DNA from: Obrimoposthia wandeli
Lineage: Eukaryota
Direction of reading: 5' to 3'
DNA length: 64,000 nucleotides
Assembly: GCA_977020255.1 (NCBI GenBank)
Contig: CDROCS010000148.1
Span: forward strand, 186,001-250,000
The position numbers and the translations under genes were made by a program. The notes beneath the pieces are model-generated. The model worked only from the letters and a program-made list of their open reading frames with translations. It was not told where the DNA came from and ran no database searches. Shown here one piece after another: positions 1 through 12,025 of the stretch; positions within the stretch are counted from its first letter, which is position 1; every line of letters begins with the position of its first letter.

Positions 1-199
1 GAATTGCGTCATGCTAAGCTGAATCAACAGCGTCAGAGAATCAAAGAAAATCAAAATAAAAAGCATGTTCAGCAACTAAAGTCACTACAGATCAGTGACA
101 ATCAGCCAAAGAAAGCCCAGAAATTCTCTTTGTTGAAGGATGACTGTAGCCCTCTTGTGAAAGACAACAGTCAGATAAATTTGATGCCAAGCATGTTCG
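1..199 (+). CDS. Tub: Tubby-like protein, N-terminal coding exon (5'-truncated by window edge)
   Basis: Frame 1 reads ELRHAKLNQQRQRIKENQNKKH...DCSPLV, resembling the TUB/TULP N-terminal '[21 protein letters not shown]...EQAPLV' segment. It ends at a consensus donor TTCG|GTGAGT (intron starts at 200, phase 1). Confidence 0.72.
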
Positions 200-736
200 G
201 TGAGTTTTTCCGATCTTTCTCTTCGTTTGCGCCACTAAACTCAGCGAAGATGTACACTAACAATGGGCACTGTACACACACTTGAATATAACTTGTGCAA
301 TAGGATAATTCTCGACTACAACTATCAAGAAGTACTTGATTAAGTATATTAATAACCTCTACATCCATTTTCAAGAAGAGGATATGCTTCAAGGGATCAA
401 TGCACAGACATCGACCTATTTATCTGAAAATTTCAGAAAGAATTGTAACTAATTCATTCCATTTTTGGATTTGTCTGTGATGTTTAGAACGGCTAGGTAA
501 TCTTTGAAGATCCAAAGTAACAACGTTTAATTTTAAATCAAAATTTCAAAAAAACAATTTTTTATACCGATGTGATAGAATTATAAACATAATTATATCA
601 ATCATAAAATAAATACGACACAAAATACTGGAATAAGTATCTGAATAAGATAAGTTTGCATCTTAAGTTGATATCCATTCTGATTGTCCTACAAAGTGAG
701 TTTAAAAGTGGAAAATTTTTATTTCATTACATGTAA

Positions 737-1520
737 AATGTCGAATTATGTGCTTACGAAACAGCATTTGGGGAAGTTTTACTTCATAATTTTATTTTGT
801 AGAAAAACCTGTTAAAAGTCTGAATGAAGTTGTAGAGATTGGTTTAGCATCACTTGACAAAGATTTCAAAGCAATGGGAATGATAGAAAAACATGGAAAT
901 TGACTATGACATGATTTGAAAAAAGAGACATTGAAAGGCATTTACTCATGTACGAATCCGAAGTCATTTTTGTAAAGAATTGCTGCTGGTGTAAAAAAAT
1001 GGATTTTTACGATAATCCAGAAGTAAAAATCAACATCGATGTCATAATAGAATCATTATATAATCAAGGTTATGTTGTGTATTCGGTGGGATCAAATTGG
1101 CGCTTGAAACTATCGCTGGTAGCTAGGGGTCGCAATACCAGTAAATTGGGCGAAAATAGACTTGTAAAGTTTTTTTACCGCTATTTTGGAAACTGCTACC
1201 GAGAACAAATAGTTAATTTGAGCCGAGTACCAAGGGAAACACGTCCAGAAAACATGAACAGCTTTTTAGTTAGAGATGTTAGAATAGCTTCGATGGGATG
1301 TGTTACTTCGCGCGCTGTATTCGCCAGACATTGATCCATCAGATTTTTATTTATTTCGATAGATCTACTTTCAGAATAGAACTTCAAATATTACGAAGAT
1401 ATCAAAATTTGCCTGATCTATGGATCACTTCAAAGGAATCGAAATTTTAAACTTGGAAACAACTGGAAAATTAGAAAATTTCATTAAAAGAGCGATTGGA
1501 AAGTATTGTTTATTTTGAAG
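737..1520 (+). mobile_element. Decayed Mos1-like mariner transposase
   Basis: Broken frames give MSNYVLTKQHL.EVLLH (Mos1-like N-terminus), KVMLCIRWDQ, YREQIVNLSR and PDIDPSDFYLFR; many stops and frameshifts. Confidence 0.8.
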
Positions 1521-2239
1521 AAGAAAAAACTCATTCAAGTATCCAATAAACTAAAATTGTTTATTAAATTTATTTTATTGCGTATCATTTTTTCATCCGT
1601 CATTTTACCGATTTTAAAAATTGTTATACTTGATAAGTATTATTACGTCATCATTAACTTTTGACGAAATTTACATCTTCTCGACTTTACTTAACATCAT
1701 AGCGAATAAAATAAGTAGATTTATTTTTGATTGAAATTGAAGATTATTTAAATTTATGAAAGCCTAAGGAATGTAACAATTAAACCCTATAATTTTGTAT
1801 CAGTTTAGTAGTGTTTCTGGGAAGCAGATATCTTAACATTGTTCTGGACAAATATTTTTGAAAGAATATTGTAAATAAAAAAACTTGTGATTTCTACTTT
1901 CATAAAAGAGTTGACCACAAATTGCATAATATTCATTCAAATATATAATAAAGATTTTATTCAGAAACTCTTGACGGACGAATTTGGAACTTTATAGCGA
2001 AAAATAACATGTTAAGCTAAACACTTTTATTGCCTATATATTTAGTTGTATCAATTTTTTTGGATATACAGTTTACTTTCGTATTCCAACTTCGATCCTA
2101 ACTAAATTTCTTTCTTTAATCTGACCTTAACTTTTTTCACGCACATTAAAAAAACTCTTTTAATTTTTATCGGGTATGTCATATTTGAATATTTTACCAC
2201 AATTGATGTCTAACAATAGAAAAATAACGGCACATTTAT

Positions 2240-2297
2240 ATGTTCGGTCTAATCCACCCCCTCCCCCACAGGGGGCTACTCTATTCTTTAAAACCGT
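2240..2297 (+). mobile_element. Degenerate relic of the TIR of the 57843 mini-Polinton family
   Basis: cggtctaatccac-ccccctcccccac followed by ctttaaaaccgt matches the arm of the 57843-58029 element. No AGTAG terminus or TSD is left. Confidence 0.55.
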
Positions 2298-3039
2298 ATT
2301 CTTTAATTGTGAGCAGCATCGCGGACAAAATCATCATTTATCTTACAATGCCATCGTGAAGGGAACAGAGAGAAATTGTGAAGGTTGTGTGTATGTGTAT
2401 ACAGACCATCTTCCATCTGTTATCCAGGTCGTCAGCTCATTATTCGGACAGATTTTAGTATGGGAACATGATATTCCTCAGTGCTGGATAACGGAATTAT
2501 TTATTGAGATAATCTTCAAATAATTTACCTATTTATAATGAATTAAAATACTCTGTAACAATTCCAGCGTTATTCAAGAGAATTAAGCAGTTTCAGTCAA
2601 TTTTGTAAGAAAATGCTGCCAATCAAATTAAGCTATAACATTGACGTTTTTAACTATAATATATTTAATGTGGCGTTTATATCTAAAGAATCTGTGATTT
2701 ATTCAGGGATCAGAGAACGAGTTTAGAGAAAAGGAAGTCAAAATACCAATGACATTTGCAGTCGTAGTTATAATTAAAAGTGAGCTAGATGTTAGATGTT
2801 AAAATTCCTCCTCACTTGTAACACAGAAACAGTGGGACATTTAAAATTTAACTAAACATATCTTTGACGCATAAAGATAAGTGTGCAGGCGAGAATATGA
2901 TATTCTTTCAACAAAAAGATTTTAAAAAATGCACTATAAATGACTTTTTTAAAGTCCTGGCTGGCTCTGTTCCTCAGTATATAGATTTATTACTCAAAAG
3001 TGCTTTATCTTTTTCATTCCCCTTCGTTATATTTTCTGA

Positions 3040-3230
3040 ATAGTGAGGTTTTCAGCTGATGCTTGAATTTTTCAACATTGTTACAGTTTCTTATATTCTT
3101 CGGCAAATTGTTGGTAAGATTTGGAAAATCAATTTCAAAAATCCCATCACTCTGTTTGTTATTTGAGGATTTCTTAATCAATCTCATACAAACAATTCAA
3201 ATTTCTCATAAAGAAAAATTAACAATTTGT
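3040..3230 (-). mobile_element. L2/CR1-clade LINE 3' fragment (copy 1)
   Basis: Reverse complement shares tcaaataacaaacagagtgatgg and gaatataagaa...aaaattcaag with the 30900-31620 copy. Confidence 0.65.
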
Positions 3231-3539
3231 GATATTTTTTAACAGTTATTTTTACTATTTGCATTTGTTTGATTTGGATAGTTCAGGGTTAAGGCACGGC
3301 TGACCAATCTTTACTGGGCTTCATTTTTAGTTGTATTATGGGCGTGTTGAGAAAACTAGAACTGAGGTTGAACAAAATTTACAAAACTACATTTTTTATA
3401 TTTTAGATATGGTAAGTAAATAATTACAATTATAATCTCACAATAAATGAATTAATTGAATGTTTGTACCTGTATGATTGCGTAACTAATTGTCTTCATA
3501 TTATTGCCCAACTACCTGCATTTCCACACAGTGCGCTTT

Positions 3540-4551
3540 ACTTAAAAGAGCACACAGAAAGAGGATGGCAGATTTTGCTGTTGAATATAATTTGAATAAT
3601 CATACAGACTTAACAAAATATATATTTTTATATTGCACAATTTTCAGTTTATTTTGCATTATGTTTCTAATTTGTACTTACCGGAGTTTTGAATGCCACA
3701 GTTTTGAAGGACTTACTAGAATCTGATCTTCGCAAAAGTTTCAAAGAACTTTCTGACGTTATACAATTATTAAATGCGACAATATCTCGCCATTTAAAAT
3801 CTATAGGAAAAGTCAAAAAGTTAGATAAATCATTCCCTCATGAATTTAATGAAAAACAAAAAATATTTGAAATTTGTTTTTATTTTCTTCAACGACATGA
3901 AAATAAATCTTTTTTGAATCGAATTGTAACCTGAGACGAAAAGTAGATTAAATATAACAATCAAAGTCCAATGGGTTGATAAAATAAACCTTCTAAACAC
4001 TTTCAAAAGCCTGCAGTTCATGAAAATAAGATAACGGTTACTGTATGGTGGTCAGCAGCTGGTATTGTTCTATATAACTTTCTAAATTCTGGTGAAATTT
4101 TTGATTCCGAAAAGTACTGTGTAGAAATAGAAGAAATGAATTGAAAATTGTTGATTAAACAGCATTCATTAGTTAATAGAAAATGTCCTATTATTTTATA
4201 TGACAATGCTAGACCACATATTTCTAAAGTTACTAGTCTAAGGCTTAAACAACTTTGATATGAAGTCTTATCTCACCCTCTGTACTCTCCAGACTTAGCA
4301 ACAACAGATTATCATTTTTAATCATTTACAGACAGTTATCGACGGTAGAGTGTTCAGAGACGACAGGTCTGTCAAAATTGGCTTTTTGGACTTTCAGAAT
4401 TTTATCAAAATGGAATAAATAAACTTTTGCACAAATGGCAGCAATGTGCTGATGCGTATGGTTTTTTTTTATTAAATAAACTTAGTTTTGGAAAGTTATT
4501 AGCTTTTGATTTTTAATATAAAAGTACGACATTTCATATGTAACAACTTTA
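3540..4551 (+). mobile_element. Decayed mariner transposase with 3' TIR remnant
   Basis: ISRHLKSIGKVKKLDK, FLNRIVT*DEK, VTVWWSAAG, YDNARPH and HPLYSPDLATTDYH (D,D34D-type motifs). A TIR-like acgacatttcatatgtaacaac lies at about 4525-4546. Confidence 0.9.
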
Positions 4552-6229
4552 TATATAGTTTTCTTTAAAAACATCTATACAGTATTAGTTTCACACATAA
4601 GTGGTTCTAAAATTTCAAATAGCAATAAAGAGTGTTCAAAAAGTAGCTTTATAACTTCAAATTAATATAACTCAAAAACCGAAATGTTTATCGAACCAAT
4701 ATTCACAGTATATAAATAGTACAGCAATAATAGATCGGTCAATGATATCGAAGAATTACACACGAGGCTGCACATTTTTTGTTGAACAACTTGGTGATGA
4801 AGTTTTCATTTTTCTCTCATAATCTTTGGATTATAACTGGTAAATTAAACGTATACTTGTATTTTATAACTATTAATTCTTTCTTGTATTGTTAAACGTT
4901 CACCACCATAAAGCCTTTGTATTAGCGGTTAAAAATGTCTATCAAAGTGATGCAGTGAAACAAAATAATGAAAATATATCTGAATTCAAAGTTGTAAAGC
5001 TACTTATTAAACACTGCATGTATATTTTTTGAGTTTATTTTATAATAAATATAATGGAAAAGTTTTTATTTGATATCATATATCAATGTAAAAAAGAGTT
5101 TGGGTTAGATTATTGCAAAAACAATATGCTAAATGAGTTAAAGCTTTTCACGTTTCAATGACCTTTACTTTATTTTACCAGTAAAATATTATTTAACCAA
5201 TTATCTAAATTGAACCTTCCGACGATAAATGGAATGGAAGATTCTACTCGGTCAAAAGTGGCTCCTTTGTATGTCTGACACAAAACCACTCCAATTATTT
5301 CAGAGTGAATTAAGAGATTTGCGTAAAATTATTTTTTCGAAAATTATTCCGTAATTTGCTGTTATTAGGAATTTATGTCATTTTAAACTAACGCTTTAAA
5401 AGGGTGGAAATCAGAAAATTATCGATGATCGAACCAAAGAAAATAAAACTGATCAATAATTAATTTATCAACTCCCAAAACAGTCTAATCGATTGTTATG
5501 AAAATACCTGAACGAGTTCTCAACCGAGGGTCCATAAATCAGTATGGAAATTTATTTTATTCATTTAAAGATACTATAAGATGAAAAATTAATTAAAATA
5601 ATTCTTTAAATAGTCTAATTCAAGGGTTCGCCACCTTTGTAAGTGTATTCCCTTTTTCTGGAAAACATAATCATCTGTGTGTTCTTGTATTAAATGTAGT
5701 TTTGTATTACAGTAATAAAAATATTAATTTATATAACAGTTTTCGAATCATCACAATTTTACAAGCTAGAAATGGCAAGTAAATAAAAAAAAAAATTCAA
5801 TTTTTGTTACAAAAAGAAATTTTTTTGTTAACAATATTTGATTTAAATAAAAAAAAAAATTTATAACCTTTTCTTTTGTATCATTTTTATATAACATTAA
5901 GTATAATTCGTGTTTCATCTATTCTTTTATCCCTTCGTAACAAAGAAATCTGACTCGATAATTGACATTAAATAAAGGATTTCAATCTTTATTTATAGAG
6001 AATTATTTTTCCTGACTTGTGCCATCTCATTTCAGCCTATGATGGACCAGAGTCATGGCTTCAAAATTCGACAAATTCCAACAGAAAGGACGCAAATAGC
6101 GAAAGCAGCAATGGCCAATTGTATCCCAAGGAGATCAACGGCAAAATGAGGACATGTGAGATTATTTTGTGTTACGATTTTTATTCGAGTCATATTTGTA
6201 GTTTTTTTAAATTCTCGGACTCAAATACA

Positions 6230-6600
6230 ATAAAAAACCGAAATATATCAAAAAGAATCAGAAGTGCTTCCCTAACATTTTCAACAGTTTCTTATATTCA
6301 TCGGTAAATTGTTGTAAAGATTGCTCCCAATATGATAGGCTCGAGAAGGGAGATTACTTTTTCAATATACAAAATAGGATCTTGAATTCAATTTTTGGCA
6401 TTGTAGCTCCATAAAATGTTCACTTGTACTGGCACTTTTCTCTAAATTGAATATAATTCATACACAAGAAACTTCACTACTTCATTAAAAATACATAACA
6501 CATTTGTTTGTGTCTCCAGTCGTCATTTAACAAAAATAAAGTCATATGGACCAAACTTTCAAGGTCTTCTTCAGCAAATGACGAATGTAAATATATTGTA
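6230..6600 (-). mobile_element. L2/CR1-clade LINE 3' fragment (copy 2)
   Basis: Reverse complement reads IFNLEKSASTSEHFMEL..KIEFKIL (the LHWLP..RIEFKIL-type region) and aligns with the 31260-31560 copy. Confidence 0.65.
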
Positions 6601-7320
6601 CCCTCTTGTCAACATTAGATTATATTCTAGTATAGTATCTTCTAGGTGATATGATCGAAGCTCTGATGAATTTTTACCCTACTTAGAAACCGATACCGGA
6701 TAGGCTTAGAGTTTAGCAATTGTGCAGTTTCGAACTGGTCCCTGGTTTGACAACAACCTCTATGATAGGATCTCGATTTACATAGTACTGAAGTTATACT
6801 GAATACGGTTATAATACGGTTATAACATATATATATTCGAATAAGATTTTGGGGGTTTATTGTATTTACCGAAATTTATCTCGAACAAATATTAAAATTT
6901 TATATTACGTTTTAATTATGGGCTTGGCAGGACAGATTTTTGTCAAATCATTTTCTACAATATAATATAATCAAAAAACTTAATTGGAAACTGACTTATT
7001 TGAGATATAAATTTAATATGAACATTTTTATTAATATTTTCGGGAAAAAAATGAACCAGAAAATTTGATTAAAATTAAATAAGTATAGAAAATTGTGGAG
7101 TTTTGAAATGCTTATGAATAGAAATTCAGAGAAATATATAAATAATATTAAAATATGAATATATAATAATATATATTCATTTTCAAATAGATTTTCAGGC
7201 CTATCATTGAACTGTCAGGGATCAGAATTAGCTCAAGATTTTCATCATAAATCTACTGAAAAACGTATTATATTTAAATACAGCTTAATACGATTTATGA
7301 AAATTTCAAAGCAGTAGTGA

Positions 7321-7923
7321 CATATTAAATGACATTGTTACAATAACCATCTAAAATTATCAAAAATCAAATATAATACATTTAAATATAGATTTTTTTA
7401 ATGTATATTCGTCATATAAACTTTTTGCAAATAAGTTGATTTGTGAAATATTTACTTAATATTAATATATAATTTTAAAATAGATTATCAGGCCTATCAT
7501 TGAACTGTCAGGAATCAGAATGAGCTATTCATCATTAATCTATTGAAAAACTTTATTATGGTTACAATTAAAATGTGCGTTAATGGATTGACAACTGACA
7601 GAAAGCCAACTGACACCGATTAACCCCTAATTTAGTTTGATGATAAAATAGTGCAAGATATGGACCATCAAAAATATCGACAAACTGCATATTTATTTTA
7701 TTTCAAAAGAATGTGCGTTAATGGATTGACAACTGACAGAAAGCCAACTGACACCGATTAACCCCTAATTTAGTTTGATGATAAAATAGTGCAAGATATG
7801 GACCATCAAAAATATCAACAAACGGTTATAAGATTAAATTATATTTAGAATTCGAGTTCAGAAACATAGATCATCACAGTCAGATGTCCCTATATAATTA
7901 AATCATGCAACGAATTACAATAA
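7321..7923 (+). repeat. Unclassified ~600-bp dispersed repeat with internal ~138-bp tandem duplication (copy A)
   Basis: Reverse complement of 45582-46194. The unit aatgtgcgttaatggattgacaactgacagaaagcc... starts at 7572 and 7710. The segment 7180-7300 additionally duplicates 7480-7560. Confidence 0.9.
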
Positions 7924-9129
7924 ATAATTATTTCATAAAAAAACTAATTTGAAATATTGTGATTATGATATGTTGTAAAAACTTAAACAAATTAATTACA
8001 CAATTTGAAAAGTTTATTTATTAAAATACAAATATTTCAAATAAATTTTACGAATTGGAATTTTTTTCTCAACTTGATTAGTTTTACTTTGAAATTTTAA
8101 AATCATAAAAAAAATATTGTTTATTTAAATCAAGATACACTAATAAATATTTTGTGCTATATTCAAAATAAAATAAAAGTGATTTATTTGCAGAAAATTT
8201 CTAAAGAATTCTTACATTATTAATATACAAAAATAACTGAATTTATATTAAATAATTGAATCAAAAGATACAACATACTAATAGTAATGTTAAGTTTTAT
8301 TTATTTATCAAATGTGAAATTTATCATTTCTAAATCTAAATTATTTAATGGCTTTTAAAATTCCATTAAGAAAATAAGGAAGTTAAATAGCTTTATACGG
8401 AAAGAAATTAAACTAACGAAGAGAATTTTTTTTAAAATAATTAATCGTGACTATTATCCGTTAGAGTATATTTGATATTAATGTTTTTGTTATTGTAAAT
8501 TGAACATTAATAATTTTTGAGTGTGAAAAGTGCACGTAATCTTTTCCATCCGTAATTATTTTTTTAATATTTTTTAAAGTTTTTATAGGTACATAGATGG
8601 AATTGTAATAAAAAATTTCACATATAATATCAGAAGACATCAAAATTTTCAACATTTCTGTAACAAATTACTAAAATACCAACTTCCTTCGCGTTTCCAC
8701 ATATTCATCGCATTTCAAATGTAAAGGTAGCCAGTTATGCATGTTTTAGCCCCACACATACCCTCTTTCAACTATATGCATTCGATCTTACAGAGATATT
8801 TTCACTTAGAGTTGACATAATCAGCAATATATTTATATATACTTGATACAAATGATTGCCTGGCGCATCATCGAGGACAGTATCTCCAATCTTTGTACAG
8901 ACCTGCGGTTTGTAGATCAGTGCATGTGCCGCTTCATCCTCCTTGACATCAAGTGCTCTTCGACAAAATTGACAATTTGGTAATTGAACGGAGCCACGCC
9001 GAAAAATCCGGTTTCATCTTTCCGTCTTTCCAATACTGTCTATCCAAGGAAGCAATAATCAACTCAGTCAAGTGAACTGTAAAGACCTGCTTTTACAATT
9101 AAAAAAAGTACCTTGCGATTTCTTTTTAA

Positions 9130-9800
9130 ATCTATGAAGAACAACCATCAACATCTGAAAACCAGACATCCAACTTTTCAGCAAGACATGGATGGTTCAA
9201 CAGATTTTAAAATACGGATTTGTTACATAATATTAAAATAAAAGGTAAACTAGCATCCGGTGATGAAAAAGCTGGGAAAAATATCCAACAAAACTTGCAC
9301 AAACTATTGAGACCAATTCCTGCGCTCCTGATCAGATGTTTAATGCGGATGGGATCGGTTTATTGTGGGAAAAATGCCACAGAGAACGTATTTGGCCAAA
9401 TCTCAAAAAGTATCACGCGAGCATAAAGCTGCAAAAGATCGTGTAACCTTATTGTGCTGTAGTAATGCAACAGGAGATCGTATAATGAAGCCCTTCGTTA
9501 TCAATAAATCGTTAGCATCACGAGCATTTAAAGGAATAAAAGTGAAAAGCCTTCCTATTCATTGGATGGCCAACAAGAAGGCTGGGGTTACTACAAAAGT
9601 TTTTACTGAATGGTTTCATAAGTGTTTTGTTCCTGAAGCCAAAACGTATAAGTCTGAAAAAGATTTGGAACATGAAAATGTGCAGATTATATTTTTGTCA
9701 CCAAATATAACATGTTTAATACAGCCTTTAGATCAGGGAATCATTTTCAATTTTAAAGCACTCTACATCGAACACGTCATTTATGACAAAGACTAGATCT
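9130..9800 (+). mobile_element. pogo/Tigger (DDE_1, CENP-B-like) transposase pseudogene
   Basis: FSARHGWFNRF, QMFNAD, MPQRTY, KAAKDRVTLLCCSNATG and PNITCLIQPLDQGII; frameshifted and internally deleted. Confidence 0.92.
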
Positions 9801-10089
9801 GAAACCATCACCAATCTGCCAATTATCGATCCAGAATCACCACAAACTATTTCAAATACTGTTTTGTTTTAAAAGAAATTCACATAGTTTCTTTTGATTT
9901 GAATGCTTTTTCTTTGAACGAATATGTAGGTTTGTATGGAGTTTAAATCTCGATTGATAAAGTTGTAATAAAGGTTTTTAATAAAGTTGGAATCAATCAC
10001 CTGATTTTCTATACTGTCTTTGTTAAGTGATTGATAAACGAATTAATAATATTTATTCCACAAATCAAATATGGATAACAATAATTAGT

Positions 10090-10488
10090 TCTGAATCCTG
10101 AACTGTAACAACAATTATTTCATGTTTTCAATTATAGCTCTGAATCTCTGAATCCTGAACGATAGTAACAATTATTTCTGGTTTTCAATTATAGCTCTGA
10201 ATCTCTGAATCCTGAGCGATAATAACAATTATTTCTGGTTTTCAATTATAGCTCTGAATCTCTGAATCCTGAACGATAGTAACAATTATTTCTGGTTTTC
10301 AATTATAGCTCTGAATCTCTGAATCCTGAACGGTAGTAACAATTATTTCTGGTTTTCAATTATAGCTCTGAATCTCTGAATCCTGAACGATAGTAACAAT
10401 TATTTTTGGTTTTCAATTATAGCTCTGAATCTCTGAATATCTGAATCCTGAACGATAGTAACAATTATATCTGGTTTTCAATTGTAGC
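10090..10488. repeat. 57-bp minisatellite, about 7 units
   Basis: The unit tctgaatcctgaacgatagtaacaattatttctggttttcaattatagctctgaatc starts at 10090, 10147, 10204, 10261, 10318, 10375 and about 10440. The consensus unit has stops in all six frames. Confidence 0.95.
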
Positions 10489-11077
10489 AATAATGATAAT
10501 CTTGTGTTGCTTTTCAAACTGTAGTTTCAATCGAATAATTTTTGTTCTTATGTGACTTCTGCATAAATATAATTGTTAATTTATAGTCACACAACACATA
10601 CGCACACAAACCACCACATGACCATGTCAGTCACACTGGCAGTCGACACCAAAAATCAATATATTCCCATGTGTGTGTGTGTGGCAGCATCTGTGGCAAG
10701 GGAAATTACCATTCTCATGCATACACGCATAGAACCAAAATGTCAAAGTTCATAAAAATGCCAATTGCACAAATTTCCCTAATTAAGGAAATTTCTTAAT
10801 TAAATAATTTTTATTTTAATATTTTAATAATTTTTATTAAAACTGTCTCAAATGCCCAAAATATTCTCAACAATCCTCCGCGTCATAAAAGTCTCTGTCC
10901 TCAGAAATATGATTTATATTTTAATTGTATAATAAAACTATTTATAGTCTTGTGTTTCCATTGTTAAACTAGTGTTGATTGTATGGAACAAAGTATCATT
11001 GTGTTTACTAATCACAAACATGTTTGGTTAACAAAATTGTTAAATAATAAAAATAAGACAAGAAAAAAAATACTACC

Positions 11078-12025
11078 TTATTCCAACAAAATCGAGGAAT
11101 TTTGTGTACCGGACTCCGGATTTCCGATCCTATATGAAAACGATGAACTGGGGTTGTTCTCGCTAGGTGGTGGATTCATCACCTCGGTCAAATCAAACTT
11201 CCTATTTAACATTTCTTTCTGAGTTTCTATATTTAAGTATTTTTGCACCATGTTGGCGAGTCCAATATTTGAGTGATTGTGATTTAATTCAGCTTTTATG
11301 CTTTTAGATATTCCCAAATCAACGATGTTAAATAACATCCATTTCTGCAGGCGTAAAGCTTTCAAATCGTTTGTTAGTCCTACACCTACGATGATGTTAC
11401 CATACACAATGTTTCTTACTTCCTCAATTACTTCATCAGCATCTCTACATCCTTGTAACTTTCTATCTGACAGTCCAGTTATTCTAGTAACGTAATTTCT
11501 TACTCTGTCTCTAGTTACGCACAGTGTATCTATAATTACGCTGCCTATGTAATTTATAATAGAAACACTTGCTAAAACTGGCTGTTTATCTACTGATATT
11601 ACTATTTCACAATCGATGAACAAAATTGCTGGTCTCTGTGCGTTTTTTAACTCAAAAAGGGCTATTTGTTGAGGTTCTTCTGTCTTTCTTATTTTTTCGA
11701 TAAACAATAGATTTGGTCCTCTTCCTATTTTGATGCTATATTGATTTTCCAATTGTGCTGCTTGTAAGGTGTAGGTGTGATTTCCTATCATCAGAAAGTT
11801 TAAGGTCTTATCTGATTTGGTTTTTAAATGGGCTACTCCTAGTGCCACGTGAATATCTATTTTTTCACAATTATTATCGGGAAATAACTCGCTGAGAGCC
11901 ATATGGGTTGGTCTTTTTTCATTGGAAAAAATAAGCGCGCTTGTTCTTTCCTCTGTGGTAATTTGTAACTTATTGTTGTTGATGTATTTCTCTGTAGCGA
12001 TTATCCATTTCTTTAAGTCGTAATT
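11078..12025 (-). CDS. DEDDh 3'-5' exonuclease (REX1/REX4/ISG20-like) domain with unknown N-terminal region; frame open 12025-11078, first ATG 11902
   Basis: ExoI FIDCEIV (D at ~11612, E at ~11606), LASVSIINY.G.VIIDT, V.NY.T.ITG and ExoII IIVGVGLTNDLKAL (D at ~11366). The ExoIII H..D motif was not found in any frame. Confidence 0.8.
   Translation of the reverse strand, partial: NYDLKKWIIATEKYINNNKLQITTEERTSALIFSNEKRPTHMALSELFPDNNCEKIDIHVALGVAHLKTKSDKTLNFLMIGNHTYTLQAAQLENQYSIKIGRGPNLLFIEKIRKTEEPQQIALFELKNAQRPAILFIDCEIVISVDKQPVLASVSIINYIGSVIIDTLCVTRDRVRNYVTRITGLSDRKLQGCRDADEVIEEVRNIVYGNIIVGVGLTNDLKALRLQKWMLFNIVDLGISKSIKAELNHNHSNIGLANMVQKYLNIETQKEMLNRKFDLTEVMNPPPSENNPSSSFSYRIGNPESGTQNSSILLE

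Noticed and set aside
200-285. Continuation of ORF 4-285 as protein (GEFFRSFSS...)
   Set aside because: It begins at a perfect GTGAGT donor, so it is most likely read-through into the intron.
948-1334. 128-aa ORF as a host gene
   Set aside because: Patchwork of mariner transposase frames; the true motifs switch frame within it.
7620-7770. TTAACCCCTAA / TTAGGGG as interstitial telomeric repeat
   Set aside because: Occurs once per repeat unit, not as a tandem telomere array.
8940-9060. Minus-strand CQFC...H word as a LINE zinc-finger
   Set aside because: A single short motif without supporting RT sequence; too weak to call.
10090-10488. CRISPR-like array
   Set aside because: Units are contiguous with no unique spacers, and the context is eukaryotic.
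10800-11077. 3' LTR / polypurine tract of the exonuclease-bearing element
   Set aside because: No match to the sequence starting at 13493 and no convincing PPT was found.
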